NCBI GenBank assembly: GCA_964500895.1
Contig: CAZCQP010000010.1
Span: forward strand, 432 to 64,431
Source: an uncultured Eubacteriales bacterium
GTDB lineage: Bacteria > Bacillota > Clostridia > Lachnospirales > JAISER01
Direction: 5' to 3'
DNA length: 64,000 nt
The position numbers were made by a program, and so were the translations under genes. This document shows, piece by piece, positions 39,889-50,078 of this stretch. The stretch's first letter is position 1, and each line of letters opens with the position of its first letter. Under the pieces are notes generated by a model. That model had not been told where the DNA came from and did no database searches. It was given only the letters and a program-made list of their open reading frames with translations.

Positions 39889-40272
39889 ATGAGGAGGATA
39901 AACATGCTTTCATCTATTCTTGGAATCGCTTTTGATTGCCCTAATGCCAATGCATTGGCAGACTTTTATGTAAAGTTGTCCGGGTGGGAAAAGGAAATAT
40001 CTAGCGATGAATGGGCAGGTATTCGCACGCCCCAAGGGCTGTTGCTGGTCTTTCAGACTGTGGATGATTATGTGCCACCCGTATGGCCTTGGGAAGATGG
40101 AAAACAACAGCAAATGGCCCATATAGATTTCAAAGTGGATAATCTACAGGAAGCGGAAGCACACGCTTTGGCATGTGGTGCAAGAAAGGCAGAAACACAG
40201 TATTATGACACGTCTACCGTCATGCTTGACCCTGCGGGCCATCCTTTTTGCCTGTCAACGGTTCAGCAATAG
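39889..40272 (+). CDS. VOC family protein
   Basis: FDC..ALADFY, PPVWP..QQMAHIDF, DPAGHPFCL. Confidence 0.9.
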   Translation: MRRINMLSSILGIAFDCPNANALADFYVKLSGWEKEISSDEWAGIRTPQGLLLVFQTVDDYVPPVWPWEDGKQQQMAHIDFKVDNLQEAEAHALACGARKAETQYYDTSTVMLDPAGHPFCLSTVQQ

Positions 40273-40362
40273 TGTACATGCGCATCTGATAAATTCCGTG
40301 CAATAGCTGCAAGGCACAATCCATTTCAACATGCTATGCTTTAATTGATGGGAGGTGACCAC

Positions 40363-41298
40363 ATGGACTGGCGGCATAAAATCAATCAGAATGCAGATGA
40401 TAGCCATTTTCAATTGAATTTGGATTGGATACGGAAGATGAACCATGCAATTGCTTATATTGAAAACAACCTACAAGGCGAAATCGATTACAATGAGGCT
40501 GCTAAAATTGCCTGTTGTTCTGTTTATCATTTTCAAAGGTTTTTCTCATTTATTGCTGCAATCCCGTTATCGGAGTACGTTCGGCGCAGACGCTTAACAA
40601 TGGCTGCATTTGAATTACAAACATCAAATGTCAAAGTCATTGATGTTGCCCTTAAATATGGGTATGATTCGCCGGAGGCTTTTGCCCGGGCGTTCAAAAA
40701 CCTTCACGGCATGACGCCCACAGGGGCAAAAGATAATGGGGCTACGCTTAAAGCCTATCCATGTATGACCTTTCACATTTCAATTAAAGGAGATGTGGAA
40801 ATGGATTACAGAATCGAGCAAAAGGAATCTTTTGAGATGTTCGGCGCCGCCACCGCTATTAGCACTGTGGATAATCAAAACTTTATCTCTATTCCAAAGT
40901 TTTGGGAAACGTGTCGTTCGGATGGAACAATGGCAAGCATTCGTAAGGCGTGTAACCTTGATGAAAACACACCTTTACATGCAGCTATGTTTCATTGTAC
41001 GGACACCTCACACGCTTACATGATTGGACATTTTATGCCTGAATCTGGTGTGCCACAGGGCTTTGAAACCCTCCAAATTCCGGCTTCAACGTGGGCCATT
41101 TTCCCAACAGGCGAACTGAGCATGGCAGAATCTGCACAGCAAGCCGCCGTCATGTGGAAACGCATCTTTACCGAATGGTTTGCCACATCTGGTTATGAGC
41201 TGGCAAATGCACCAGAATTAGAATTGCACCACAAAACATCTGATGATCAATATGTCACCGAAATATGGGTGCCCATTCGCCAGAAGGCCAACATCTAA
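40363..41298 (+). CDS. AraC regulator with GyrI-like effector domain
   Basis: YIENNL, EYVRRRRLT, YGYDSPEAFARAF; C-terminal RIFTEWF..EIWVP. Confidence 0.92.
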   Translation: MDWRHKINQNADDSHFQLNLDWIRKMNHAIAYIENNLQGEIDYNEAAKIACCSVYHFQRFFSFIAAIPLSEYVRRRRLTMAAFELQTSNVKVIDVALKYGYDSPEAFARAFKNLHGMTPTGAKDNGATLKAYPCMTFHISIKGDVEMDYRIEQKESFEMFGAATAISTVDNQNFISIPKFWETCRSDGTMASIRKACNLDENTPLHAAMFHCTDTSHAYMIGHFMPESGVPQGFETLQIPASTWAIFPTGELSMAESAQQAAVMWKRIFTEWFATSGYELANAPELELHHKTSDDQYVTEIWVPIRQKANI

Positions 41299-41368
41299 CC
41301 GCACAGAGTGTCATGAAATATGGCTCTATTTCCTTTATCATGAATGCATACGGAAAGGAGCGAAGCAA

Positions 41369-42250
41369 ATGGATTGGATTACCGGTATACAGAGAGCCCT
41401 AAATTATGTAGAAGCCCATATGACGGAACCTATCGACTATGAAGAAGTGGCGAAGCAGGCCTATTCGTCCAGCTTTCATTTTCAGCGGGTTTTTAGTATT
41501 CTTTGTGGGTTCACCTTGGGCGACTATATTCGGATGCGGCGGCTCTCCCTTGCGGGAAACGAGCTTGCAACCTCAAACATCCGAGTCATCGACGCTGCGT
41601 TCAAGTACGGGTATGATACACCGGAGAGTTTCAGTCGTGCGTTCACCCGCTTCCACGGGGTATCACCCTCCCAAGCAAAGCATGGTGGTGCGGCGCTCAA
41701 ATCCTTTTCCACCCTTTCTGTAAAACTGATTTTGGATGGAGGAAATATGATGAATTACCGAATTGAAACGAAGGGCCCATTTCAAATTATCTGCAAAAAG
41801 AAGCAGGTGGTCTCTTGCAAAGCTGAACTAACAATGGATGAAATCTCTCGTTTTTGGCAGGCATGTAGCGCTGATGGCACCATTGATACGCTGTGTAGGT
41901 ACATTCCCCAGGAAAATATCTTTCCCAACTGCATTGTAGGTGCCACCTTTGGTAAGGACGCGAATGACAAGGAATTCCCCTACGCCATCGGTGCCCATTA
42001 CAACGGAATGCCTGTCACTGATGCTGGCTTGACTGTGGAGGACATTCCTGCCCACACTTACGTGGTGTTTCCATGTGTGGGCAAGATGCCGGAGGCGTTT
42101 GAGAAGCTCTATCAACAGATTTACAGCGAATTTTTCCCTACTAGTGAGTATCAGCCTTGCGGCGGCACAGATTTTGAGGCTTACCCCTCTGCTGATGTGA
42201 CAGACCCCGGATATACATGCGAAATATGGGTGGCAGTGGAAAAGAAATAA
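41369..42250 (+). CDS. AraC regulator with GyrI-like effector domain
   Basis: MDWITGIQRALNYVE, YGYDTPESFSRAF; C-terminal IYSEFFP..CEIWVAV. Confidence 0.92.
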   Translation: MDWITGIQRALNYVEAHMTEPIDYEEVAKQAYSSSFHFQRVFSILCGFTLGDYIRMRRLSLAGNELATSNIRVIDAAFKYGYDTPESFSRAFTRFHGVSPSQAKHGGAALKSFSTLSVKLILDGGNMMNYRIETKGPFQIICKKKQVVSCKAELTMDEISRFWQACSADGTIDTLCRYIPQENIFPNCIVGATFGKDANDKEFPYAIGAHYNGMPVTDAGLTVEDIPAHTYVVFPCVGKMPEAFEKLYQQIYSEFFPTSEYQPCGGTDFEAYPSADVTDPGYTCEIWVAVEKK

Positions 42251-42256
42251 TCCAGC

Positions 42257-42289
42257 GGGAGAAGTGCCGAAAGGTGCTTCTCCCATTTC
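42257..42289 (+). terminator. intrinsic terminator
   Basis: GGGAGAAGTGCC-GAAA-GGTGCTTCTCCC followed by ATTT. Confidence 0.7.
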
Positions 42290-42365
42290 AGATTTCATTC
42301 ATGCATCTGTTCATAATTCTGACGAAGTCAAGAAAAAGGCAAGTTCATATGGGTGTGTTACTTGT

Positions 42366-42455
42366 ATCGTCAACATGTTGAGAACAGGCTTGCAAGGCAG
42401 AATCAAAGTCAGTACACAAAGCCAACACGGATTGCAGCTTGCGTTTGAGCCAATC
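42366..42455 (-). pseudogene. IS630-like transposase C-terminal remnant
   Basis: Minus strand reads WLKRKLQSVLALCTDFDSALQAC; homologous to 52878-52960. Confidence 0.45.
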
Positions 42456-42456
42456 A

Positions 42457-43207
42457 TGACCACCGGCTAAGCCGGTGGTTTGACTTTCGCCCTATAAGGG
42501 CATGGTACTGGGCTGAGCCTTAAGGCTCATTGAATGGTTCGCCAACCGCGCTTTACCTCAAGCAACCACTAAAGTGGTTTGTCAGCCCTACCACCCGTAA
42601 ACGGGCTATTTTTTCTTGCTTTTGTCTACCGGCTCACCCGTAAACGGGTCGATATACTCTTTCAGACTTATCTGGTCTGATATTATATCTTCTTGCAGTT
42701 GATTCCTTACATACTCAGCAATTGCCTTTTCATTACGACCAACTGTGTCAACATAATACCCTCTACACCAAAAGTGTCTGTTTCCGTATTTGTACTTCAA
42801 ATTTGCGTGCCTGTCAAAAATCATTAATGAGCTTTTTCCCTTTAAATACCCTACAAAGTCCGATATACTCAGTTTTGGCGGTATCATCACATACATATGT
42901 ATGTGGTCTTTGCAGGCGTTTGCTTCTATGATTTCAACTTCTTTATATTCGCATAGCTTTCGCAATATTTGCCCTACATCCTTCTTTAACTGTCCAAATA
43001 TTGCTTGTCTTCTGTATTTTGGCGCAAATACAATATGGTATTTACAATTCCATTTTGTGTGTGCTAAACTTTTATTATCCATCACGGATACCTCCATTTG
43101 TTTTTTGCGGTTGCGAACCCGCTTAAATTTTATCAAATGGAGGTTTTTATTTAAAACATTTTTTCACAGCTCTAAGCTTCAACCCACCTGCATAGCAGGT
43201 GGGTGTC
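42457..43207 (-). mobile_element. IS200/IS605-family element (tnpA only)
   Basis: tnpA flanked by hairpins ACCACCGGC-TAA-GCCGGTGGT (42459-42479) and ACCCACCTGC-ATA-GCAGGTGGGT (43182-43204). Confidence 0.88.
42606..43082 (-). CDS. tnpA: IS200 Y1 HUH transposase
   Basis: HTKWNCKYHIVFAPKYRR, DHIH (HUH), LKGKSS, FWCRGYYV, YVRNQ. Confidence 0.96.
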   Translation of the reverse strand: MDNKSLAHTKWNCKYHIVFAPKYRRQAIFGQLKKDVGQILRKLCEYKEVEIIEANACKDHIHMYVMIPPKLSISDFVGYLKGKSSLMIFDRHANLKYKYGNRHFWCRGYYVDTVGRNEKAIAEYVRNQLQEDIISDQISLKEYIDPFTGEPVDKSKKK

Positions 43208-44062
43208 TCTTCTACAAATCGAGCCGTATTTACGGCTAATTCTCCATCCTGTTCGATGAAATTTCTGGGAAATAATTAAATATTAAAATTTCTGAGGCTG
43301 ATAATGATTCATATTAATGCCAATACCATGTGTTTTTCTTCTGAAATGCATGGACATTTACTGATCATTATTCAGCCTCACTTTTTTCCAAATGTAGAAG
43401 CATATACTCATAGTCCCAATTATGTTGGCAAGTCTTCTTTTCTGTATATGATTATTAAAAAAATCACTTCACTTTTGACCATTCAAACTGCACACACTGA
43501 TGTCTTGATTATTGTCTAGAAAATTAATGATTAGCAGTGTACCTAAAAAATCCAGGGCATCTATTCCTTGTTTTTTAAATTGTCAAGTTTCTTTCCATTA
43601 TATCCATTTTAAGGAGATTGTATGAAGTACCGCTGTTTTTAAAGTATCCTCCATATAAAAATCAGCAAAATATAGCATCCCATCTTTTATAATACCACGT
43701 CTTTGAAGCAACTTCTTTTTCATCCTACCACCTAAAAACCAATTTTACGCCGTTAGATGGCACAGTGCTATACTCGTTTTTTCACTTAGAGAGATGGCAT
43801 TGGCTCATTGGCTTTTTTGATGCTTTCCTTCAATGTTAAAGTCTTGCATATACTCCTATGGGTTTTCTCGCTCATAGCTTTGCCGATTTCAGAATTTGCG
43901 CCAACATTTACAAAACAGGTAATCAATGCCTAAGCCCAAAAAGAAGTCGTTACCCCATGATGTTTTTTAGGCAGAATGCCAGTGGTGTTGCGCTATTAAA
44001 AAATGCATTTCCGTACAATGAAAATATCATTTATTTTGTCACCTTTGTAACGCTATATATCA

Positions 44063-44091
44063 TTGACATTATAGCATTCCAATGCTAGTAT
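44063..44091 (+). promoter_or_regulatory. sigma-A promoter of the fdrA operon with an overlapping palindrome
   Basis: TTGACA-17 nt-TAGTAT; palindrome TAGCATT-CC-AATGCTA in the spacer. Confidence 0.6.
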
Positions 44092-44123
44092 GAACCTATG
44101 AATAATTTCCAAGGGGTGACAAT

Positions 44124-45659
44124 ATGCCAAATAAAACCGTTGTAAAACGAAGCGTTTACTATGATTCGGTTAAGCTTATGCTGGTGACACGAGAGGTCAA
44201 GGCGATGGCGGGCGTTAGCGAAGTGGCGGTTGTAATGGGAACCGACTTAAATAAGGATGCACTGTCTCGAACCGGCTTAATGACGCCAGAAGCCGAACAA
44301 GCTACCCCCACCGATATGATTGTGGGCTTAATTTGTGACACAGACGAAACCATTAATGAGGTTTTAGGCAAGTTAGACGGTATGCTCAATGCCAACACAG
44401 TCGGAAAGTCCAAAGATGTTTACAAACCTAAAAGCATTGAAACGGCTGTTAAAATGCAACCCGGCAGCAACCTTTGCACCATTTCTGTTCCCGGGCGTTA
44501 TGCCAAAGGTTTGGCTATGGAGGCATTGCGCAATAATTTGCATGTGATGCTGTTCAGCGATAACGTGACCATCGAAGAAGAGCGTGAGATGAAGCTGTAT
44601 GCGCAAAAGAAAAATTTGCTGGTGATGGGGCCCGATTGCGGTACAGCCATGATTAACGGCGTGCCCCTTTGTTTTGCAAATAAAATCCGCCGGGGCAACA
44701 TTGGCATTGTGGCGGCATCGGGTACAGGTGCCCAAGAAGTGATGACGCTCATCCACAAAAACGGCGGCGGTGTATCCCATGTTATTGGAACAGGCGGACG
44801 TGATTTAAAGGCCGAGATTGGGGGCATCACCTATATGCAGGCCATTGATGCGCTAAACCATGATCCCAGCACAGAAATCATCACCTTAATTTCCAAACCA
44901 CCGGCGCAACAGGTGGCGGAAAAGATTATGGACTACTTAAAAAATTCGGTGCAAAAGCCTGTGGTGGTCAACTTTTTAGGACAAGACCAACCAACGCAGG
45001 AAATACCGGGCATTCATTTTGTACCAACCCTTGAGGCAGCAGCGCTTCGGTCATTGCAATGCGCAGGTGTCATTCCAGAAAACCACAGCCTTGCAGGTTC
45101 GCTCCAGGAAATTGCGCAGACAGAGGCTGCCAAATTGCCTAATGGTGCGAAATATATTCGTGGATTGTTCAGTGGCGGCACATTGGCAGCCGAAGCAGTG
45201 ATGGCATTGCAGGGACAAATGGGCAGCATTCAATCTAATCTAGGCAGTGAAATACCAATTACTGACTGTTTTGCTATGGAAGGGCATGCCTGCGTAGACC
45301 TTGGGGACGACGAGTACACCGTTGGCCGGGCCCATCCTATGATTGACGCTTCGCTGCGGGCCGAGCTGTTGAGCCATGAACTGCGCAATGGTGAAACAGC
45401 TGTGATTTTACTGGACATCGTCCTGGGTTACGGTGCATCAAGAACACCAGAAAAAGAACTTTTGGCAGAAATAGCGGCGTACAAACACGAACCAGGCAGC
45501 AAGTATGTAAGCATTGTGGCAAGCGTTTGCGGCTGCGAACAAGACCCACAGGATTATGCCGGTCTTTGCCAGGCATTAGCAGAGCATGGGGTCATTGTTA
45601 TGCCAAGCAACCTGAAAGCTACCGAGTTGGCTGGCCGCATTGCCAGTCTTATTCAATGA
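44124..45659 (+). CDS. fdrA: FdrA acyl-CoA-synthetase-like protein (AllF/YahF-like)
   Basis: YYDSVKLM, FSDNV, MGPDCGT, ASGTGAQE, GTGGRDL, GLFSGGTL, DLGDDEYTVGRAHPMID. Confidence 0.93.
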   Translation: MPNKTVVKRSVYYDSVKLMLVTREVKAMAGVSEVAVVMGTDLNKDALSRTGLMTPEAEQATPTDMIVGLICDTDETINEVLGKLDGMLNANTVGKSKDVYKPKSIETAVKMQPGSNLCTISVPGRYAKGLAMEALRNNLHVMLFSDNVTIEEEREMKLYAQKKNLLVMGPDCGTAMINGVPLCFANKIRRGNIGIVAASGTGAQEVMTLIHKNGGGVSHVIGTGGRDLKAEIGGITYMQAIDALNHDPSTEIITLISKPPAQQVAEKIMDYLKNSVQKPVVVNFLGQDQPTQEIPGIHFVPTLEAAALRSLQCAGVIPENHSLAGSLQEIAQTEAAKLPNGAKYIRGLFSGGTLAAEAVMALQGQMGSIQSNLGSEIPITDCFAMEGHACVDLGDDEYTVGRAHPMIDASLRAELLSHELRNGETAVILLDIVLGYGASRTPEKELLAEIAAYKHEPGSKYVSIVASVCGCEQDPQDYAGLCQALAEHGVIVMPSNLKATELAGRIASLIQ

Positions 45660-45673
45660 AGGGTGGGTGCAGA

Positions 45674-45850
45674 ATGAATGTGAATAACTTATTAACCGCA
45701 GATATTCGCGTGGTGAATATTGGACTTGAGCAGTTCTGTGAAGATTTACAGGAACAGCAGGTGGAATGCCTGCAAATGCAGTGGTCCATTCCCATTTATG
45801 TCGATGACGAAATCATGGCGCTGCTGGATTATTTTAGGGATGAGGAATAA
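45674..45850 (+). CDS. small FdrA-associated protein
   Basis: VVNIGLEQF.EDL..QQV...QW, the segment usually at the FdrA C-terminus or DUF1116 N-terminus. Confidence 0.7.
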   Translation: MNVNNLLTADIRVVNIGLEQFCEDLQEQQVECLQMQWSIPIYVDDEIMALLDYFRDEE

Positions 45851-45873
45851 ATAATAAAGAAGGAGGTTCCAGA

Positions 45874-47112
45874 ATGAATCGAAAAGAAGCCAATGCAAAG
45901 GTATTGGATATTATGCAAAACTCCGAAGTGCATTTGGTGGGAATGGGAATTGCCGGAGAAGTTGTTCCGGGAATGCATCCCAAACTGATCATGCACGCAG
46001 GGCCACCCATCAGCTGGAAACGGATGTGCGGGCCCATGAAGGGCGCGGTGATTGGTGCGCTCATTTACGAAGGGCTTGCTAAAGATGATGCTGAAGCCGA
46101 AGCACTTGCCGCAAGCGGCGACATTGAGTTTTCCCCGAACCATCACCACAATGCCATTGGGCCAATGGCAGGCGTTATCTCCTGTAATATGCCCGTGTTC
46201 ATCATGAAAAACATGACGTATGGCAATCTGGCTTTTTCTGGTGTAAACGAGGGGCAAGGCAAGTGCTTGCGTTTCGGCGCTTACGGTGAAGCCGTTATCG
46301 AACGTCTGCATTGGATTAAAAGCTCTGTTTATCCGGTGCTCAAAGAAGCCATCGAACTTTCGGGCGGCATTGACTATAAGGCAATCGTAACCCAAGCCAT
46401 TCAAATGGGGGACGACAACCACAACCGCAACAAGGCCTCCACCAGCTTGCTGGTACGGGAGCTTGCCAAATACATGGTGAAAATTTCTGCGCCACAGGAA
46501 GATTCTTTTGCGGTGTTGGAGCATATGGAAAAAATTGATATGTTCAACATCAATCTGACCATGGCCATGTGCAAAGCCATTTCCGATGCAGCCAGCAATG
46601 TGCCGGGTAGCACCATTGTCACCGTCATGGCACGCAACGGCGTTGATTTTGGCATTCGTGTCAGCGGCAGTGGGGACCAGTGGTTTGTGGCCCCTGCCAA
46701 CATTCCCGAAGGGCTTTATTTCCCCGGCTATACAGCGGCAGACGCTGCGGCAGACATCGGCGACAGCGCCATTACCGAAACGTTTGGCATGGGCGGATTT
46801 GCTTTGGCCGCTGCACCGGCTATTGTGCAGTTTATTGGCGGCAGCTATGATGACGGTGTGAAAATCACTCAGGAAATGTACGAAATCACTGCCTCTGAAA
46901 ACAAAAACTTAAAGATACCCACCATGAACTTTAAAGGCACCCCCACCGGCATAGACATTGTTAAGGTGTTAAAGACGGGCATTCAGCCCACCATCACCAC
47001 CGGCATGGCCCACAAAGACCCGGGCATTGGGCAGGTGGGCGCAGGCATCGTAAAAGCGCCGCTAGAGTGCTTTGTAAAGGCCGCCCGATACTTTAAAGAA
47101 AAACATATTTAA
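45874..47112 (+). CDS. DUF1116 protein (YlbE/AllG/YahG-like)
   Basis: HAGPPI, GPMAG, NEGQGK.LRFGA, MGDDNHNRN, ARNG, DIGDSAITE, TGMAHK. Confidence 0.92.
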   Translation: MNRKEANAKVLDIMQNSEVHLVGMGIAGEVVPGMHPKLIMHAGPPISWKRMCGPMKGAVIGALIYEGLAKDDAEAEALAASGDIEFSPNHHHNAIGPMAGVISCNMPVFIMKNMTYGNLAFSGVNEGQGKCLRFGAYGEAVIERLHWIKSSVYPVLKEAIELSGGIDYKAIVTQAIQMGDDNHNRNKASTSLLVRELAKYMVKISAPQEDSFAVLEHMEKIDMFNINLTMAMCKAISDAASNVPGSTIVTVMARNGVDFGIRVSGSGDQWFVAPANIPEGLYFPGYTAADAAADIGDSAITETFGMGGFALAAAPAIVQFIGGSYDDGVKITQEMYEITASENKNLKIPTMNFKGTPTGIDIVKVLKTGIQPTITTGMAHKDPGIGQVGAGIVKAPLECFVKAARYFKEKHI

Positions 47113-47123
47113 GGAGAATCCCC

Positions 47124-47912
47124 ATGGATATGATTAAAAACTGGAAGTTACATATTCTAACACTGTTTATTGTCATCATCAGTGAGTTAATCGGTATACG
47201 GAAAATTGGTATTATCGTGCTCATGCCCATTCTATACGCCACCGTTATGGGCGGCATACTCAGCACACCCAAGCTCAAATTCCTTTCGGAAAAAGATATG
47301 GACATTGCAAGCCGCATCTTCCCCATTGCTTTAATGATTCTGTTGGCAAAGGTGGGATTAGGGGTTGGGCCCAGACTGAACGATATTATGAGTGCCAAAG
47401 GCACCATTTTCTTTCAGATGTTTGCCCACTTCTTTGGTACCATGATTATCAGTTTGCCGGTGGCCATGCTGCTTGGCTTGCGCCGTGAAACGGTTGGCGC
47501 ATGCTATTCGCTGGGCCGGGAGGCACAGGTGGCCATTGTAGCCAATAAATTTGGCCTTAGCTCTGAAGAAGGCTATGGCGTTATGGGCGTATTTATCGTT
47601 GGCACCGTCTTGGGTGCGCTTTGGACAAGCATTTTCACAAGCGTCATTGTAAGCATGGGCATTTTTCACCCCTATGCGCTGGCACTGGGCGCCGGAACCA
47701 GCAGCATGAGCATGTCAACGGCTTCCCTTGAAGTTATTGGCGCTCATTATAATGACCCTGTGCTCATGGATACCGTGCGGGCATACACCAACACCTCTAA
47801 TCTGTTGGTGAATGTGCTGGGAATCTACGCAAATATGTTTATTACGCTGCCTTTGGCAAGCGCCTGCTACAATTTCTTTAACAAATTCCGGCGTCAGTCG
47901 GCTACAGCATAA
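47124..47912 (+). CDS. DUF3100 membrane protein
   Basis: ISELIG, LPVAMLLGL.RE.VGA.YS..RE, GTVLGA, FHPYALA. Confidence 0.85.
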   Translation: MDMIKNWKLHILTLFIVIISELIGIRKIGIIVLMPILYATVMGGILSTPKLKFLSEKDMDIASRIFPIALMILLAKVGLGVGPRLNDIMSAKGTIFFQMFAHFFGTMIISLPVAMLLGLRRETVGACYSLGREAQVAIVANKFGLSSEEGYGVMGVFIVGTVLGALWTSIFTSVIVSMGIFHPYALALGAGTSSMSMSTASLEVIGAHYNDPVLMDTVRAYTNTSNLLVNVLGIYANMFITLPLASACYNFFNKFRRQSATA

Positions 47913-47928
47913 GGCGGGGGGATAAAAA

Positions 47929-48420
47929 ATGGAAAACAAATTTGAATTTGAAAAGGTAAAGGTTGCAGGATTTCTCATCTTGCTGGCCGCCATACTAACA
48001 GCCATTGGCAACACAATCCAGACATATGTGAAGCCGGATTTGGAAACGGTAGGTATCGCTACTTCATTAAAAGGAACACTCGTTATTTTTGCTGTGGCCA
48101 TGGTGGGCTACATCGTTAGCCAGCTGCCCGTTTTGAAAAAGCTATCACCCGTGTTCTGGGTGGGCATTGTGGGCGTGGTCATGTCGGCTCCGTTCTTTCC
48201 GCTTAGCGGGTTTATCAACCAAGCAGCAAACACCATCCAGTTTGCGGCGCTGGGAACCCCAACGCTGGCCTATGCAGGGCTGGCTTTAGGCAAAGACCTG
48301 CCCATTCTTAAAAAACTTTCTTGGCGTATTGTTGTGGTGGGCATGTGCGTTATCTTGGGCACCTTCTTGCTGGCCGCCATTGTATCGCAGATTTCACTTA
48401 AACTAGAGGGCGTCATTTAA
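47929..48420 (+). CDS. membrane partner of DUF3100
   Basis: Four to five hydrophobic segments; TPTLAYAGLALGKDL..WRIVVV..GTF. Confidence 0.8.
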   Translation: MENKFEFEKVKVAGFLILLAAILTAIGNTIQTYVKPDLETVGIATSLKGTLVIFAVAMVGYIVSQLPVLKKLSPVFWVGIVGVVMSAPFFPLSGFINQAANTIQFAALGTPTLAYAGLALGKDLPILKKLSWRIVVVGMCVILGTFLLAAIVSQISLKLEGVI

Positions 48421-48460
48421 GAACTAAAAATTTGACCATTACTAAGCAATTGGTGAAGCC

Positions 48461-48502
48461 GGTTGAACGCTGTCCGCAAAGTTGCGCAGACAGCGTTCAA
48501 CC
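48461..48502 (+). other. intra-operon stem-loop before abgT
   Basis: GGTTGAACGCTGTC..GACAGCGTTCAACC with no following U tract. Confidence 0.55.
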
Positions 48503-48521
48503 CATATAAGGAGGTCGGATC

Positions 48522-50072
48522 ATGAGCGCAAACCCGAACGCTGTGGGCGGCGAAACAGGTGGAACAAAGTTGTTGCAATGGATTGAGCGCCGTGGCAATC
48601 AACTTCCGCATCCCGTTACAATGTTTCTTTGTCTTTCCGCTTTTGTTGTGGTTCTATCGGCTATTATGGGCAGCGTGGGTGCCGGTGCCGTCATCAACAA
48701 AATGGGTGATGCCGCCGGTGCCGTGGAACAGGTACAGGTGCAGAGCCTTTTGTCTGCGGACGGCATACGGTTTATGTTTGAAAAAGCCGTTACCAACTTT
48801 ACAGGCTTTGCGCCGGTGGGGGTTGTGCTGGTGGCCATGCTGGGTATTGCAGCAGCAGACGGGACAGGTCTTTTACATGCTTGCCTACGCAGGGCGTTAA
48901 TGAACACCCCCGGCAGCCTTGCAACTGCAATGATTATTTTTGTTGGCATCATGTCTAACATTGCATCCGATGCAGGTTATGTGGTGGTGGTTCCCCTTGG
49001 CGCCATCATCTATTTAAGCACCGGCCGTCACCCCATGGCTGGCATTGCTGCCGCCTTTTTCGGCGTGTCTGGCGGGTTCAGCGCCAATCTGTTGCTGGGC
49101 TCTATAGACCCGTTGCTGGGAAGCTTTAGCACAGTGGGGGCCAGGGTGTTGCAGCCAGAATATTTTGTAGCCCCTACTGCTAACTATTACTTCATGTTTG
49201 TCTCTACACTATTTCTGGTCATTTTGGGCACCTATGTGAACAACCGCATTGTGGAACCCCGTCTTGGCAAGTACCAGGGCAGTGAAACGGCATCCATGGA
49301 GACTTTAACATCTGCTGAAAACCGTGGCTTGCGTTATGCTTTGATGGCGTTACTGGTTTGCATTGCTGGAGTTTTACTGTTGGTGCTTCCCAAAGGTGCC
49401 GTGCTTCGCAACCCTGAAACGGGGCAAATCTTAGGTCAATCGCCGTTTATGACATCGATTGTCATAATTGTTGCACTTTTGTTTTTCTTTCCCGGCTTGT
49501 TTTATGGCATCGGCGCCAAAACCATCCGCAACGACAAAGAGCTGGTCAACCTCATTAGCGGCATTATGGGTACAATGGGCGGCTATCTGGTGCTTACCTT
49601 TGTTGCGTCCCAGTTTGTGGCCTATTTTCAGTATTCCAACCTGGGGTTGGTATTTGCAGTAAAAGGCGCCCAGCTCTTGCAGCTAACAGGCGCAACCGGG
49701 CTAACATTAATTGTTATCTTTATTTTTTTTAGCGCAGGTGTCAATCTGTTCATTGGCTCTGCGGTGACCAAATGGAGCGTAATGGCACCGGTTTTTATCC
49801 CCATGTTTATGCTGCTTGGCTTAACGCCGGAAATGACACAGCTGGCCTTCCGCATAGGAGATTCGGCAACGAATATCATCTCGCCACTGATGCCCTTTGT
49901 AGGCATTGTGCTCACCATCGCCGAAAAGTACGACAACAAAATGGGCATGGGCACCATGCTGTCCATCATGTTGCCTTATTCTGTGGCAGCGCTGTTGTTT
50001 TGGACGGTTTTACTGGTGGTTTGGGTTTTGCTGGGCGTGCCCATCGGCCCCGGTGTTTCAGTTTTTATGTAA
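48522..50072 (+). CDS. abgT: AbgT family transporter
   Basis: IERRGNQLPHP, NFTGFAP, GRHPMAG, GGFSAN, RIGDSATNIISPLMP, PIGPG. Confidence 0.93.
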   Translation: MSANPNAVGGETGGTKLLQWIERRGNQLPHPVTMFLCLSAFVVVLSAIMGSVGAGAVINKMGDAAGAVEQVQVQSLLSADGIRFMFEKAVTNFTGFAPVGVVLVAMLGIAAADGTGLLHACLRRALMNTPGSLATAMIIFVGIMSNIASDAGYVVVVPLGAIIYLSTGRHPMAGIAAAFFGVSGGFSANLLLGSIDPLLGSFSTVGARVLQPEYFVAPTANYYFMFVSTLFLVILGTYVNNRIVEPRLGKYQGSETASMETLTSAENRGLRYALMALLVCIAGVLLLVLPKGAVLRNPETGQILGQSPFMTSIVIIVALLFFFPGLFYGIGAKTIRNDKELVNLISGIMGTMGGYLVLTFVASQFVAYFQYSNLGLVFAVKGAQLLQLTGATGLTLIVIFIFFSAGVNLFIGSAVTKWSVMAPVFIPMFMLLGLTPEMTQLAFRIGDSATNIISPLMPFVGIVLTIAEKYDNKMGMGTMLSIMLPYSVAALLFWTVLLVVWVLLGVPIGPGVSVFM

Positions 50073-50078
50073 GAAGGG

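Noticed and set aside
42457-43207. TnpB/IscB RNA-guided nuclease associated with IS200
   Set aside because: The element encodes only tnpA; there is no room or motif for a RuvC protein
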